IMG/VR virus record: IMGVR_UViG_3300035156_000182
Location: 1-49,484 of that record
DNA: 49,484 nucleotides
Strand: one strand, 5' to 3'
Source of the DNA: a virus
Shown here: piece after piece, positions 29,836-38,524 of the stretch
How the letters are laid out: every line of letters starts with the position of its first letter
How positions within the stretch are numbered: the first letter of the stretch is position 1
Notes under the pieces: generated by a model
What the model saw: the letters and a program-made list of their open reading frames with translations, nothing else
What the model was told of the DNA's origin: nothing
Database searches by the model: none
Made by a program: the position numbers and the translations under genes

Positions 29836-30626
29836 TATTCGCCCTGCCCGCCGAACGGGTCGCCGCCGTCGGCGTCGCCCTTCAGGATGCCGTCGGCAGC
29901 GTCGACAAGGTCGCGATCGGCGTCGGCCGGGTCGGGTTCGCCCTGCTGTTGCTGTTCGCCGGCATCGCCGTCGCTGAATTCCAACGGCGGTTGGTCGGGC
30001 GTGATGGTCGGATCGCGGCGCGTGCCGCTGAACGATGCCGGGTCGTGCCGCTTCACGACGACGAACTGATTGTGCGCCCGGTGACAGGCCAGCACGTTCG
30101 CTTCGGTCGCCTCGGCCGCAAGGCTGATTTTCAGGCCGCCGCCTTCGCCGTACTTTTCGAGCTTGGCATAGAACCCGTCGTCACCGGCCGACGCGATGAT
30201 GCGCACGGCCTTGCCGACAATATCCTGCGCAGCGTTGCGGATGGCCGCGACGATTTCGCGTTGATCGCTTTCGAGTGTTTGCCACCACACCCGGTCGCGA
30301 GTCTTGAACAGGTCGAGCATCGTGTCGGCCATGTCGCCGACCAGGGTGCTGGTGTTCCAATCGGCCGCCTCGACCATGCGCTCGATTTTCGCCACCGTGT
30401 CGTTCGGCTTGTCGACGTTGGTGTCGTCGGCTTCGTCGGCGGCGGTGACGGCCGCGCCGAGATTGGCCACGGCCTCGCGCAACTCGGGTGCGCCGTCGCC
30501 CTCGACCGGCGGCAATGCGGTGCCGCTGCCGTCGCCGGTCACGTCGAGCGCCTTCGAACCCTTGCGCTTCGCCGCCTTGTGGTCGGCAGCAAGGCCGACG
30601 GCCAGCTTGTCAATCTCGTCTGACAT
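29835..30626 (-). CDS. Hypothetical acidic protein
   Basis: 263-aa ORF with acidic termini (..EQQQQGEPDPADADRDLVDAADG..). A 1-nt overlap (TAATG) with rusA. No motif recognised. Confidence 0.6.
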   Translation of the reverse strand: MSDEIDKLAVGLAADHKAAKRKGSKALDVTGDGSGTALPPVEGDGAPELREAVANLGAAVTAADEADDTNVDKPNDTVAKIERMVEAADWNTSTLVGDMADTMLDLFKTRDRVWWQTLESDQREIVAAIRNAAQDIVGKAVRIIASAGDDGFYAKLEKYGEGGGLKISLAAEATEANVLACHRAHNQFVVVKRHDPASFSGTRRDPTITPDQPPLEFSDGDAGEQQQQGEPDPADADRDLVDAADGILKGDADGGDPFGGQGE

Positions 30627-30677
30627 GGTGTTCCTTTCGATGTTGCCGCCGATGACGCCCGGCGGCGGTGCGATCTG

Positions 30678-31322
30678 CTATTGATCCGACGGCCGAAGCC
30701 ATATGCTTTCGGTGCGCCACCCGTGCGGGGCGGTCCATATGATCCAACAATAATCGGCCATGCCGTTGGTGTAGGCCGCGTCGCCCATATCCTCGACCAT
30801 CGCGCCCGGCGGCATCGAAGGCCGTTCGCTGCAATAGGCGACGTGCGACGGCTTCCATCGCTGATACATTCCGAACCGATCCTGCCCGCATAGGAATTCG
30901 ATCGGCAGCAGGAAGGCGGCGCGGCGGAACGGCGCAAGGTTGATGATGCGATGCACGATGTCGCTACCGATCGACCTGTAGCCGTCCTGTTTCCCGTAGG
31001 GCGGGTTCGTCACGATCGACAGCGGCTTGCCGGCGACGCGCGGCCATGTCGTGCGGTGAAGCACGTTCGATTGGTGGAAGTCGTGCCGGGGGTGGCGGTC
31101 GATGATGTCGCTGCCGACGGTGCGGTGACCCCGCGACTTGAACACGTCGAGCACGTTGCCTTTGCCGCAACACGGATCGAATATCAGGTCATCGCCGAAC
31201 AGGGTGTCGCCGTTCGGCAGGCGCACGTCGGCGAGCTGTTCGACCGTCGATCGCGGTTCGCGATACCAATTGTGCGGGTCGCGCGGGTATTGCCCCGCCT
31301 TCCCTTCTAGCCGCTTCGTCAC
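30678..31322 (-). CDS. DNA N6-adenine methyltransferase (orphan)
   Basis: 214 aa. AdoMet motif I is IFDPCCGKGNV and catalytic motif IV is IVTNPPYG. GTGA overlap with the Cro-like gene. No adjacent endonuclease. Confidence 0.8.
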   Translation of the reverse strand: MTKRLEGKAGQYPRDPHNWYREPRSTVEQLADVRLPNGDTLFGDDLIFDPCCGKGNVLDVFKSRGHRTVGSDIIDRHPRHDFHQSNVLHRTTWPRVAGKPLSIVTNPPYGKQDGYRSIGSDIVHRIINLAPFRRAAFLLPIEFLCGQDRFGMYQRWKPSHVAYCSERPSMPPGAMVEDMGDAAYTNGMADYCWIIWTAPHGWRTESIWLRPSDQ

Positions 31323-31615
31323 CGGGCGACGTTCGCCTGCGCGGTCGCCTCGGCCTTTTCGTCATCGGTGCGGGTGTCGACGAAGTCGAGCGGCTTCAGC
31401 TTCACTTTCGGCTCGGCCTCGGCGGCGGCCTTCATCACGGCGGCGTTCAGCTCGGGCGGGATGAAGCCTTTCACAATCCACCCGTGCACGGTCGACGGAT
31501 TGCGGCCGAGGGCGTTTGCGAACGCCACGGTGCCCCCGAATTTGTTGGCGATGACCGACGCGGGTGCGCCCCGGTCAATCGGCTTTATGGGGTTGCGACG
31601 AAATCCGCTCGGCAT
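31319..31615 (-). CDS. Cro/YdaS-like HTH regulator (first leftward early gene)
   Basis: 98 aa with an AAGGGA RBS. VIANKFGGTVAFANALGRNPSTVHGWIVKGFIP fits the YdaS/Cro-type HTH pattern. It faces the divergent control region. Confidence 0.55.
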   Translation of the reverse strand: MPSGFRRNPIKPIDRGAPASVIANKFGGTVAFANALGRNPSTVHGWIVKGFIPPELNAAVMKAAAEAEPKVKLKPLDFVDTRTDDEKAEATAQANVAR

Positions 31616-31651
31616 GGTGTCCCTTTCGCTCCAGGCTTGAATGAGGCCGGG

Positions 31652-31695
31652 GCTATATCAGCGGGCATTATCCGCGCCAAGCGAATAAACGCTTG
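31652..31695 (-). promoter_or_regulatory. Putative leftward early promoter with an overlapping palindromic operator
   Basis: On the minus strand: -35 TTGGCG (31680-31675), a 17-nt spacer, and -10 TATAGC (31657-31652). The 18-bp palindrome CAAGCG-aataaa-CGCTTG (31678-31695) overlaps the -35. Confidence 0.3.
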
Positions 31696-31727
31696 CGGTT
31701 CTATTCGGCCAATGCGAAAGAATTGGC

Positions 31728-31994
31728 ATGACTTCGCTCGAATCCTCCATCGCCGCGCTGCGCGACGCCTGCCGGGTGCACAACCGCAATCCGGCCTATC
31801 GCGCGGCAGGTTATCCGCCGATCGCACCCTATGTCGCCACGATCGCATTCACCGACGGCCGACCGCCTTACCGCCGCGCGTTCAATGCGACGCTCGACGC
31901 GGCCGAGGCGCGGGCGCGGTTCTACACAATCGACGCGAACGCCCGGCTGGCCGTCATCGGCCGGCTGACCATCGAAGTGCGCGCGGCGAAGTGA
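31728..31994 (+). CDS. Hypothetical protein (first rightward gene)
   Basis: 88-aa ORF with a weak RBS. It is divergent from the Cro-like gene. Confidence 0.4.
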   Translation: MTSLESSIAALRDACRVHNRNPAYRAAGYPPIAPYVATIAFTDGRPPYRRAFNATLDAAEARARFYTIDANARLAVIGRLTIEVRAAK

Positions 31995-32059
31995 CCAGCT
32001 TCGCGGGTGCGCCGGGGGCCGCGCTCGCATTCCACCTTGCCCCCGTAGGAACGACCGCA

Positions 32060-32293
32060 ATGCCCTATTACAAGATTTCGACGAAGGGTTCAGACGTCGA
32101 ACGCATCGTCGATGCGCAGAACCCCGCCGCTGCGATGAAGCACGCGGCCGAGGGCCATTTCACGGTGTCGTCGCCGCTGAAGCAAGCCGAGCTGGTGCCG
32201 CTGTTGATCGGCGGCACGAAGGTCGAAAAGGCCGGCGAAGTCGTGGCCGATCAGGCCAAGGGCGACGAAGGTCAGCAGGGCGCGGGCGAATGA
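32060..32293 (+). CDS. Hypothetical protein
   Basis: 77 aa from ATG 32060 (MPYYKISTKGSDVERIVDAQNPAAAMKHAAEGHF..) with an AGGA RBS. It is the 3' part of track ORF 31484..32293. Confidence 0.55.
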   Translation: MPYYKISTKGSDVERIVDAQNPAAAMKHAAEGHFTVSSPLKQAELVPLLIGGTKVEKAGEVVADQAKGDEGQQGAGE

Positions 32294-32520
32294 TCGCCGA
32301 CGACCTGCGCGGCCGGTCGCCGACGATGTCGGTTCTGCTGGCGGCCAGCGCTTCGATGTCGCTCGGCGCGACGTTTCCGGCGGCGACGCGATCGGTTGAA
32401 CGCCTCGGCGAGTCGCTGAAGCGGGTCGGTCATCGCAGCGCCAAGCGCGCCAAGGCGCGGGCGATCGCGCAGGCTGGTCGCCGGGCGAACATTCAACGGC
32501 AGCAACGCGCGCGCCGATAA
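32290..32520 (+). CDS. Hypothetical basic protein
   Basis: 76-aa ORF with an ATGA overlap. Arg/Lys-rich C-terminus. Confidence 0.4.
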   Translation: MIADDLRGRSPTMSVLLAASASMSLGATFPAATRSVERLGESLKRVGHRSAKRAKARAIAQAGRRANIQRQQRARR

Positions 32521-32569
32521 CCTGTCGGCCGGGGCGACCCGGCCGGCCCCTTCGAAGGAGTCCCGACAT

Positions 32570-33841
32570 ATGGCCAAAAAGCCGACAGCCGAGGCCGCGA
32601 CCGACGTCGCGCCGATGCTGGCATTGATCGACACCGACGCCCCCGCCGATTCGGCGTTGGTCGTGGTCGAGGGTGCCACCCCCGAAACGATCGCGCGCCG
32701 CGCCGCGTCGATCGTGCTGCTGAACCCCGAACGGTTCGACCAATTCTATGACCGGATGCGCGAGCGCACCGCCGAGCTGGTGCCCGACGTGACCACCGTC
32801 GCCGGGCGCGCCGCGATCCGAAGCGCCGCGTTCGAAGTGACGAAGGTCAAAACCACGATCGACAAGGCCGGGCTGGCACTGACCGAGGATTGGCGGTCGC
32901 GAACCAAGGCCGTGAACGACGCGCGCAAGCCGATGGTGCAACGCCTCGACCAGCTTGCCGAACAGGTGCGCGCGCCCCTGACCGAATGGGAAGCTGCCGA
33001 GGAAGCGCGCCGGGCGGCGAACGACGCGACGATGACGCTTATCAGCAACAGCGCGGTCGTGCGCGAGGATGACACCGCGCAGTCGGTCACCGATCGCGGC
33101 CGGTGGATTTACGGGGCCACCTTTGCGGAACCACAATGGTCGGCCGAGGAAGCGGCCGAGGCCGAGGGCGTGAAACAGCGTGCCGTCGCGACGCTGGTCG
33201 CCGCACGCAAGCGGCTGTTGGTCGAGGAAGCCGACCGCGCCGAGCTGGCCCGCCTGCGCGCGGCCGAGCTGGAAAGACTCGAGCGCGAGCAAGCCGAACG
33301 GGTCGCGCGCGAGGATGCCGAGCGGATCGAAGCCGAGCGGGTGGCCGCCGAGCGCGCCGAGGCCGAGCGGGTCGAGCGCGAGCGCAAGGCCGCCGAGGAT
33401 GCGAAGCACGCGCGCGAGCTGGCCGAAGCCGCCGAGCGCGCGCGGATTGCCAACGCTGCCACCGCTGCCGCTGAACAGGCGAAGCGCGAGGCCGAACAGG
33501 CCGCCGAGGCCGACCGGCTGGAGCGCGAGCGGCAGCACGCCGAAACGCTGCGCGTCGAGCGCGAGGCGCGCGAAAAGGCCGAGCGTGACGCGCAGGCCGA
33601 GCGCGATCGCGAGGCCGCACGGGTGGCCGAGGAAGCCGCCCGAGCTGCGCAGGCCGAGGCCGATCGCATCGAAGCCGCACGGGTCGAGGCCGCACGGGTC
33701 GCCGATCGCGCCCACCGCCTGCGCGTCATCGGCGAAGCGGCGCACGACATTGCGGCGGCAGGCGTCGACCCGGCCGTCGCCAAGGGCATCGCCCTCGCGA
33801 TTGTCAGCGGGTCGGTTCGCCATTGCACGGTGGCGTTCTGA
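32570..33841 (+). CDS. Coiled-coil protein preceding the recombination genes
   Basis: 423 aa with a GAAGGAG RBS. It contains a long Glu/Arg/Ala coiled coil (AELERLEREQAERVAREDAERIEAERVAAERAEAERVERERKAAEDAK..). It is co-directional and coupled with its neighbours. Confidence 0.65.
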   Translation: MAKKPTAEAATDVAPMLALIDTDAPADSALVVVEGATPETIARRAASIVLLNPERFDQFYDRMRERTAELVPDVTTVAGRAAIRSAAFEVTKVKTTIDKAGLALTEDWRSRTKAVNDARKPMVQRLDQLAEQVRAPLTEWEAAEEARRAANDATMTLISNSAVVREDDTAQSVTDRGRWIYGATFAEPQWSAEEAAEAEGVKQRAVATLVAARKRLLVEEADRAELARLRAAELERLEREQAERVAREDAERIEAERVAAERAEAERVERERKAAEDAKHARELAEAAERARIANAATAAAEQAKREAEQAAEADRLERERQHAETLRVEREAREKAERDAQAERDREAARVAEEAARAAQAEADRIEAARVEAARVADRAHRLRVIGEAAHDIAAAGVDPAVAKGIALAIVSGSVRHCTVAF

Positions 33842-34059
33842 TGATGCCCGATGCCGTGCTCGACATGATCGAACCCGATGCGAAGGCGATGGCAACCGGC
33901 GGCGACGGGGCAAGCGACCAGCTTGTCGCGCTCGCCTCCATCGCGATCAGCCTTCGCCGCCTAGCCGACGGCGGCAGCGGTGAAGCGCTGATTTCGTCGC
34001 TCGGCGGAATGCTCGACGACGCGTCGCACAACCACCAACAGCGGATGCGGAACATATGA
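33841..34059 (+). CDS. Hypothetical protein
   Basis: 72 aa from ATG 33841 (TGATG overlap with the upstream stop). Confidence 0.45.
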   Translation: MMPDAVLDMIEPDAKAMATGGDGASDQLVALASIAISLRRLADGGSGEALISSLGGMLDDASHNHQQRMRNI

Positions 34060-35192
34060 CCGAATTGACCCCCTTCGACGACGGCTATGTCGAGCCGGCG
34101 GCACCGCCACCCCCACCACCCCCCACCGCCAAACCGGCCAAGGTGAAGGCCGAGCCGAAGCCGTTCGCCGACGCCCCCACCCGTGCCAAGGCCGACGCCA
34201 AGCCGGCGCACGAAATGTCGGCGCACGACGGGTCGGTCGACCTGTCGGCATTCCAAACCGACTTCGGCCTGTCGGGCATTCCGAAGCCGACCAAGGTCGA
34301 CACCCTCGACCGCGCCGGGTGGGGCCTGTTCCCCGACATGCCGGCCGAGTCCTACTATGCCGACCCCGCCCCCGATGTTTCGATCAGCAACAGCGGGCTG
34401 TCGGTGCTGCTGAACGAAACGGCGGCCGACTTCGCGTGGCGACACCCCAGGTTGAACGCGGCGGGGGTCGAGGAAGCGAAAAGCAACGCCGTCAAACGGC
34501 GCGGCGACGTCGTGCACCAGCTCGCGCTAGGCAAGGGCAAGGGGTTCGCGATCGGCGCGAAGTCGTGGCCGACATGGCAGTCGGGCGATGCGAAGGCGTT
34601 CAAGCGCGAGGCCGAGGAAGCCGGACTCGTGCCGGTGCTGCCGCACGCATTCGAGGAAGCGAAGGCGATCGCGGCCGTCGTGGTCGACCGCATTCAACGC
34701 GTCCTACAGGGTGCCGAATATCAGACTGAAGTCGCGTTTCTCTATCAGGAAATGACGCGTTACGGCCCGATATGGGTGCGCGGCCTTATGGATGTTTGGT
34801 GTCCTGACCTTGGCATAATCCTCGACCCGAAAATAACGGCGCGCATCTACGGCGAGAAGCCGGCGCGCCACATGATCGACATGGGGTGGGACCGGCAGGG
34901 CGCACTATACAAGCGCGCGATCGGCACCCTGTTGCCTGAAATGGCCGGGCGCGTGCGGTTCGCCGATTTGATGGTGCGCCCCGACGCGCCGTTCGTGTCG
35001 AGGCTGGTCGCTCCCGAAAAGGCATGGGAAGCGACAAGCGGTTGGCAAATTGAGGATGGATTCGAGCGGTTCGCGCGGTGCCTGTATTCGGGCGAATGGC
35101 CGGGCTTCCCCGACGACGTCGAATATCTGCCGCTGCCAACATACGAAGCCAAGCGCCGCGAAGCGCTATATTCAGGGGAACCCGCAAAGTGA
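34056..35192 (+). CDS. PD-(D/E)xK exonuclease (RecE/DUF3799-like) with a Pro-rich N-terminal extension
   Basis: 378 aa. Nuclease motifs: GLMDVWCPDLGIILDPKITA (D..D-x-K) and DRQGALYKRA (QxxxY). The N-terminal ~110 aa are Pro/Ala/Lys-rich (PAAPPPPPPPTAKPAKVKAEPKP). Confidence 0.65.
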   Translation: MTELTPFDDGYVEPAAPPPPPPPTAKPAKVKAEPKPFADAPTRAKADAKPAHEMSAHDGSVDLSAFQTDFGLSGIPKPTKVDTLDRAGWGLFPDMPAESYYADPAPDVSISNSGLSVLLNETAADFAWRHPRLNAAGVEEAKSNAVKRRGDVVHQLALGKGKGFAIGAKSWPTWQSGDAKAFKREAEEAGLVPVLPHAFEEAKAIAAVVVDRIQRVLQGAEYQTEVAFLYQEMTRYGPIWVRGLMDVWCPDLGIILDPKITARIYGEKPARHMIDMGWDRQGALYKRAIGTLLPEMAGRVRFADLMVRPDAPFVSRLVAPEKAWEATSGWQIEDGFERFARCLYSGEWPGFPDDVEYLPLPTYEAKRREALYSGEPAK

Positions 35193-36253
35193 GTTGGAAA
35201 GAAACCGACGGCGCGAACTTCGTGCCACCGCTGCTGATAGGGGTCATGGGGCCTCCAGGTGGCGGCAAAACCTATTCCGCGCTGCGCATGGCGACCGGGA
35301 TGCAACGCGCGCGGGGCGGCGACATCATCGTCGGCGACACCGAACGGGGCCGCGCGCTGAAATACCACGTTGGGCCGCGCAATCCCGACGGGTTCACGTT
35401 CCGGCATTTCCTGTTGGAACCGCCCTTCAAGCCGGAATCGTTCGTCGAATTCATCCGCGACATGCTGCCGAGCAAGCCGGCGGCCATCGTCATCGACAGC
35501 CTGTCGGATGAGCACGAAGGCGAAGGCGGATATTTGGATTGGCACGACGCCGACGTGCCGAAGTCGGGCGGGAACGAATGGGCGGCATGGAAGAATCCAA
35601 GCAACAGCCGGCGCAAGCTGGTCGCGGGTATTCAGCAGGTCGCGGTTCCCCTGATTTTCACCTTTCGCGCTCGCGAGAAAACCCGGCAGGTCGGGCGCAA
35701 GGTCGAAAAGATCGGCTATGTTCCGATCGCGCCGTCGGAAATTGTCGGCACCCTCGACCTTGCGTGCCTGTTGCAACCGCGATCGAACGGGGCCGCGTTG
35801 TGGCACTCCGAAAAGCCGGGGGAAGATTATGTTCTGAAGGTCGCCGACTTCCTCCAGCCGTATATTCGGCGCGGCATGGTGCTCGACGAGGATTTCGGCG
35901 AAGGCCTCGCGAATTGGCAGCTTGGCAAGGTGGGCGACAATGCCCCGCCAGCGCGCGGCGGCAAGCGCACCCCGCAACAGCTTGTCGACGCCTATGTCGG
36001 CCGGCTGGCCACGATCGGCAAGCTGCCCGGCGGCGATGACGACCTTGCCGAAGGCCTGAACGCCCTGCGCGCATTCCAGGCCGACGACGCGACGGTGCGC
36101 TTCGTGACCAGCATTCGCGACACGAACCCCGCGCTGCATGACCGCATCGTCACCGCCAACATTCGCCGGGCGCGCGAGCTTATGGGCGAACCGGCCGACG
36201 ACGACACCGACGACACGACCGACGACAACCAACAGGAAGGAAACGACGCATGA
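35189..36253 (+). CDS. Sak4-like RecA-fold ATPase (AAA_24-type recombination protein)
   Basis: 354 aa from GTG 35189 (GTGA overlap). Walker A is LLIGVMGPPGGGKTYSAL and Walker B is AAIVIDSLSDEHE. Acidic C-terminal tail DDDTDDTTDDNQQEGNDA. Confidence 0.7.
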   Translation: MSWKETDGANFVPPLLIGVMGPPGGGKTYSALRMATGMQRARGGDIIVGDTERGRALKYHVGPRNPDGFTFRHFLLEPPFKPESFVEFIRDMLPSKPAAIVIDSLSDEHEGEGGYLDWHDADVPKSGGNEWAAWKNPSNSRRKLVAGIQQVAVPLIFTFRAREKTRQVGRKVEKIGYVPIAPSEIVGTLDLACLLQPRSNGAALWHSEKPGEDYVLKVADFLQPYIRRGMVLDEDFGEGLANWQLGKVGDNAPPARGGKRTPQQLVDAYVGRLATIGKLPGGDDDLAEGLNALRAFQADDATVRFVTSIRDTNPALHDRIVTANIRRARELMGEPADDDTDDTTDDNQQEGNDA

Positions 36254-36474
36254 CGAAAACCACGAAGCGGGCCGGCGACTTGGTCATCGACCAGCGCCAC
36301 GCCCTGTCGATCGTCGCCGACGATGGCAAAACGCTGGTGCCGCACGAACAGCCCCGCGCCCGTGAAATCCGCCTGCGCGCCGAGGCGTTCCGCGCGCGGG
36401 CGGCGCGGGAATTCACCCCCGCCGCGCCGCCACGGCGGTCGCTGCTGTCGCTGTTCGGGCGGGGCGCACGATGA
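36250..36474 (+). CDS. Hypothetical protein
   Basis: 74-aa ORF with ATGA overlaps on both sides. Confidence 0.45.
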   Translation: MTKTTKRAGDLVIDQRHALSIVADDGKTLVPHEQPRAREIRLRAEAFRARAAREFTPAAPPRRSLLSLFGRGAR

Positions 36475-36749
36475 CGGCCACGATGACGCAACGCGCCCGC
36501 TATGCGACGGTGGCCCGGCTGGAGTCCGTCATAGCCGATGCGGCCGGCCCTGACCTGACCAGCGCGAGGTTCGCCGATGTCGGCACGATTGCCGCGATGC
36601 TGCTCGCGCGCGAATTCGCACGGCAGCAAGTGACGCAAGATTCGGCGCGCAAGTCGCTCGACACTATAACCCGCACGGTCATGTTGATGTTGTCGCCTGA
36701 AATGCGCGACGCCTTGGCAACCGACCTTCGCGGCTTGTCGAAGGCCTAG
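36471..36749 (+). CDS. Hypothetical protein
   Basis: 92-aa ORF with an ATGA overlap upstream. Confidence 0.5.
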   Translation: MTATMTQRARYATVARLESVIADAAGPDLTSARFADVGTIAAMLLAREFARQQVTQDSARKSLDTITRTVMLMLSPEMRDALATDLRGLSKA

Positions 36750-36751
36750 CC

Positions 36752-37108
36752 GTGCCGATCGCACCCGAAAACCGGGGCCGCTACCCGGCGAACTGGAAAG
36801 CGATTAGCACCCGCATTCGATTTCAGCGGGCGGGCGGGCGGTGCGAGTGCGACGGCCGGTGCGGTGTCGACCACGGGGGGCGGTGCGAGGCGCGCCACGG
36901 CCACCCCCACCCGGTCAGCGGGTCGACCGTGGTGCTGACGACCATGCACCTGAACCACACACCCGAGGATTGCGGCGACGCGAACCTGCTGGCCGGGTGC
37001 CAAGCCTGCCACCTTCGCTATGACCGTGCGCACCACGCCGAAAGTCGCCGGCAGCGCATCCGTGACAAGGTCGGGCAGCTCGCGTTCGAACTGGCCTGCG
37101 CACGATGA
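36752..37108 (+). CDS. HNH endonuclease
   Basis: 118 aa with a GTG start and a GAAGG RBS. Pattern: CECDGRCGVDHGGRC..HPHP..VVLTTMHLNHTPEDCGDANLLAGCQACHLRYD (Cys-rich HNH). Confidence 0.7.
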   Translation: MPIAPENRGRYPANWKAISTRIRFQRAGGRCECDGRCGVDHGGRCEARHGHPHPVSGSTVVLTTMHLNHTPEDCGDANLLAGCQACHLRYDRAHHAESRRQRIRDKVGQLAFELACAR

Positions 37109-37308
37109 CCCGGCGCTATAAGCCGTTCCTCGTGTTCAACCCGTCGCGCGGGTGGGCGTTCTATCGCAACACGGGGGTGTCGTCGCTGACCACGAAAAAC
37201 ATCGGCACGGGCAAGTCGCGTAAGATCATGCGCGAGCGCATCGGCTGGTTTTTGACCGCCGAGCTGGCGGCGATGTTCGAACAGGTCGCGAACCGCCACC
37301 TGAATTAG
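37105..37308 (+). CDS. Hypothetical protein
   Basis: 67-aa ORF with an ATGA overlap. It is the last gene of the rightward block. Confidence 0.5.
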   Translation: MTRRYKPFLVFNPSRGWAFYRNTGVSSLTTKNIGTGKSRKIMRERIGWFLTAELAAMFEQVANRHLN

Positions 37309-37310
37309 AA

Positions 37311-37342
37311 ACGGCCGGCCGGGGCATCCCCCGACCGGCCGT
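37311..37342. terminator. Hairpin between convergent genes (terminator; U-tract only for minus-strand transcripts)
   Basis: ACGGCCGGCCGGGG-cat-CCCCCGACCGGCCGT, a near-perfect stem. On the minus strand it is followed by TTTCTAATT. Confidence 0.45.
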
Positions 37343-37360
37343 CACCACATTGCGGCAGGG

Positions 37361-37588
37361 CTATTCGTCGGCCTGCGCGGCGTCGATGGCGTTTTCGAGC
37401 CGGTCAAGTGCGGCGTCGGTGCGCGCCTTTTGCTCGGCGTATCGGTCTTTCAACGCCTGCTGGTCTTTCGGATTGTCGAACAGGTCGGCGACGATGCCGA
37501 CCAGCCCGGCCGCCGCGCCGACAGTGCCGCCCATGCTTTCGAGTGCGTCAACAGCGGCAAGCGCTTGGTCGAGGGTGGGGAATTTCAA
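37361..37588 (-). CDS. Hypothetical helical protein
   Basis: 75-aa ORF with an ATGA overlap onto the upstream lipoprotein gene. Confidence 0.5.
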   Translation of the reverse strand: MKFPTLDQALAAVDALESMGGTVGAAAGLVGIVADLFDNPKDQQALKDRYAEQKARTDAALDRLENAIDAAQADE

Positions 37589-37983
37589 TTGCTCTCTCCC
37601 TTGGCGATGGCGCGCACGGCGTTGATCGACGCGCGCGCGTTGGTGATGGCGTCCGAAATGTTCGCCGAGTTGCCCGACGCGTAGGCCGAGCGCACGCCCG
37701 CGACCGCGATGCGAGCGACGGCCGTGGCGCGCTTCAGGCGGTCGAGGTTCGCACCCTTCACCTTGCCGGTCTGAACGGCGAGCGTGCCCAGGTCGGCCGC
37801 CAGCTCGACGCCCTGTTCGAACGCCAGCGCGGCGGTTTCATCGGCGATGGTGCGGTCGGCATAGGTGCTCGGCGAATACACGCCACCGGGCGGCGGTGCC
37901 GCCGAGCCGGGCGCGGCGGTCATGGGCGCGCACGCGGCCAGCGAAATGGCGGCGAGCATCGCGGGGAACAAGGTCAGGCGCAT
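37585..37983 (-). CDS. Lipoprotein
   Basis: 132 aa from ATG 37983 with a GGAGG RBS. Signal peptide plus lipobox: MRLTLFPAMLAAISLAAC. The upstream 133 aa of the track ORF are unsupported. Confidence 0.65.
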   Translation of the reverse strand: MRLTLFPAMLAAISLAACAPMTAAPGSAAPPPGGVYSPSTYADRTIADETAALAFEQGVELAADLGTLAVQTGKVKGANLDRLKRATAVARIAVAGVRSAYASGNSANISDAITNARASINAVRAIAKGESN

Positions 37984-38122
37984 TGGTGAACCTCCATCGG
38001 TCGGGTCGCCGGCAAGCCGCCGGCAGCGGGTCGACGGGCAGGCAATACGCCCATCGTCGGGGGTTGCCAATTCGTCAGAACCGAATAAGGTTGTTCGACA
38101 TTGACGACGTGAAGGCCTGACC

Positions 38123-38524
38123 ATGACCGACAACAGCGCGAAGGCCTCCAGCGGGCCGAAAAACGGGCTTTCACCCGCCCCCGGTTTCGAAGCGCGAAAG
38201 TGCGACGAATGCGGGCAGGTGTTCCAGCCGACCCGCAAGGCGTCGCGGTTCTGCACCACCAACCCGTGCAAGCTCGCGTTCCAATCGCGGCAGCTCGCGC
38301 AGGGCGCGCCGCTGGTGCCGCTGGTGAAGGCATGGGCGGCGACGCGCCACGCGAAGCCGGGCACGCGCGAGGCCGAAATCAACCGCTACGCGCGGCGGGA
38401 AATGACGGCCATCGCCGGGCTATTCAACGCCGACGATCGCAAGGCCGACCGGGGCGACGTGCTGGCCTATGTCGGCGCGTTGATGGACTCGAACTCGCTC
38501 TATATCGACCGGCGACGCGGTTAG
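38123..38524 (+). CDS. Zinc-ribbon protein (possible regulator)
   Basis: 133 aa with a GAAGG RBS. Motif: KCDECGQVFQPTRKASRFCTTNPCKLAF. It is a lone plus-strand gene whose stop overlaps the stop of the convergent gene. Confidence 0.55.
   Translation: MTDNSAKASSGPKNGLSPAPGFEARKCDECGQVFQPTRKASRFCTTNPCKLAFQSRQLAQGAPLVPLVKAWAATRHAKPGTREAEINRYARREMTAIAGLFNADDRKADRGDVLAYVGALMDSNSLYIDRRRG

Noticed and set aside
32090-36232. Minus-strand ORFs 32090..33913 (607 aa) and 34847..36232 (461 aa).
   Set aside because: They are antisense to plus-strand genes that have RBSs, ATGA/GTGA coupling and clear motifs (PD-(D/E)xK, Walker A/B). Their translations are Gly/Leu/Arg/Pro-rich with no motifs.
37361-37983. 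Lipoprotein 37585..37983 plus downstream ORF 37361..37588 as an o-spanin/i-spanin pair or a u-spanin.
   Set aside because: The order and architecture are wrong. The lipoprotein is 132 aa, not Pro-rich and has no C-terminal TM. The partner has no N-terminal TM. The pair is separated from the lysis cassette by a convergent plus-strand gene.
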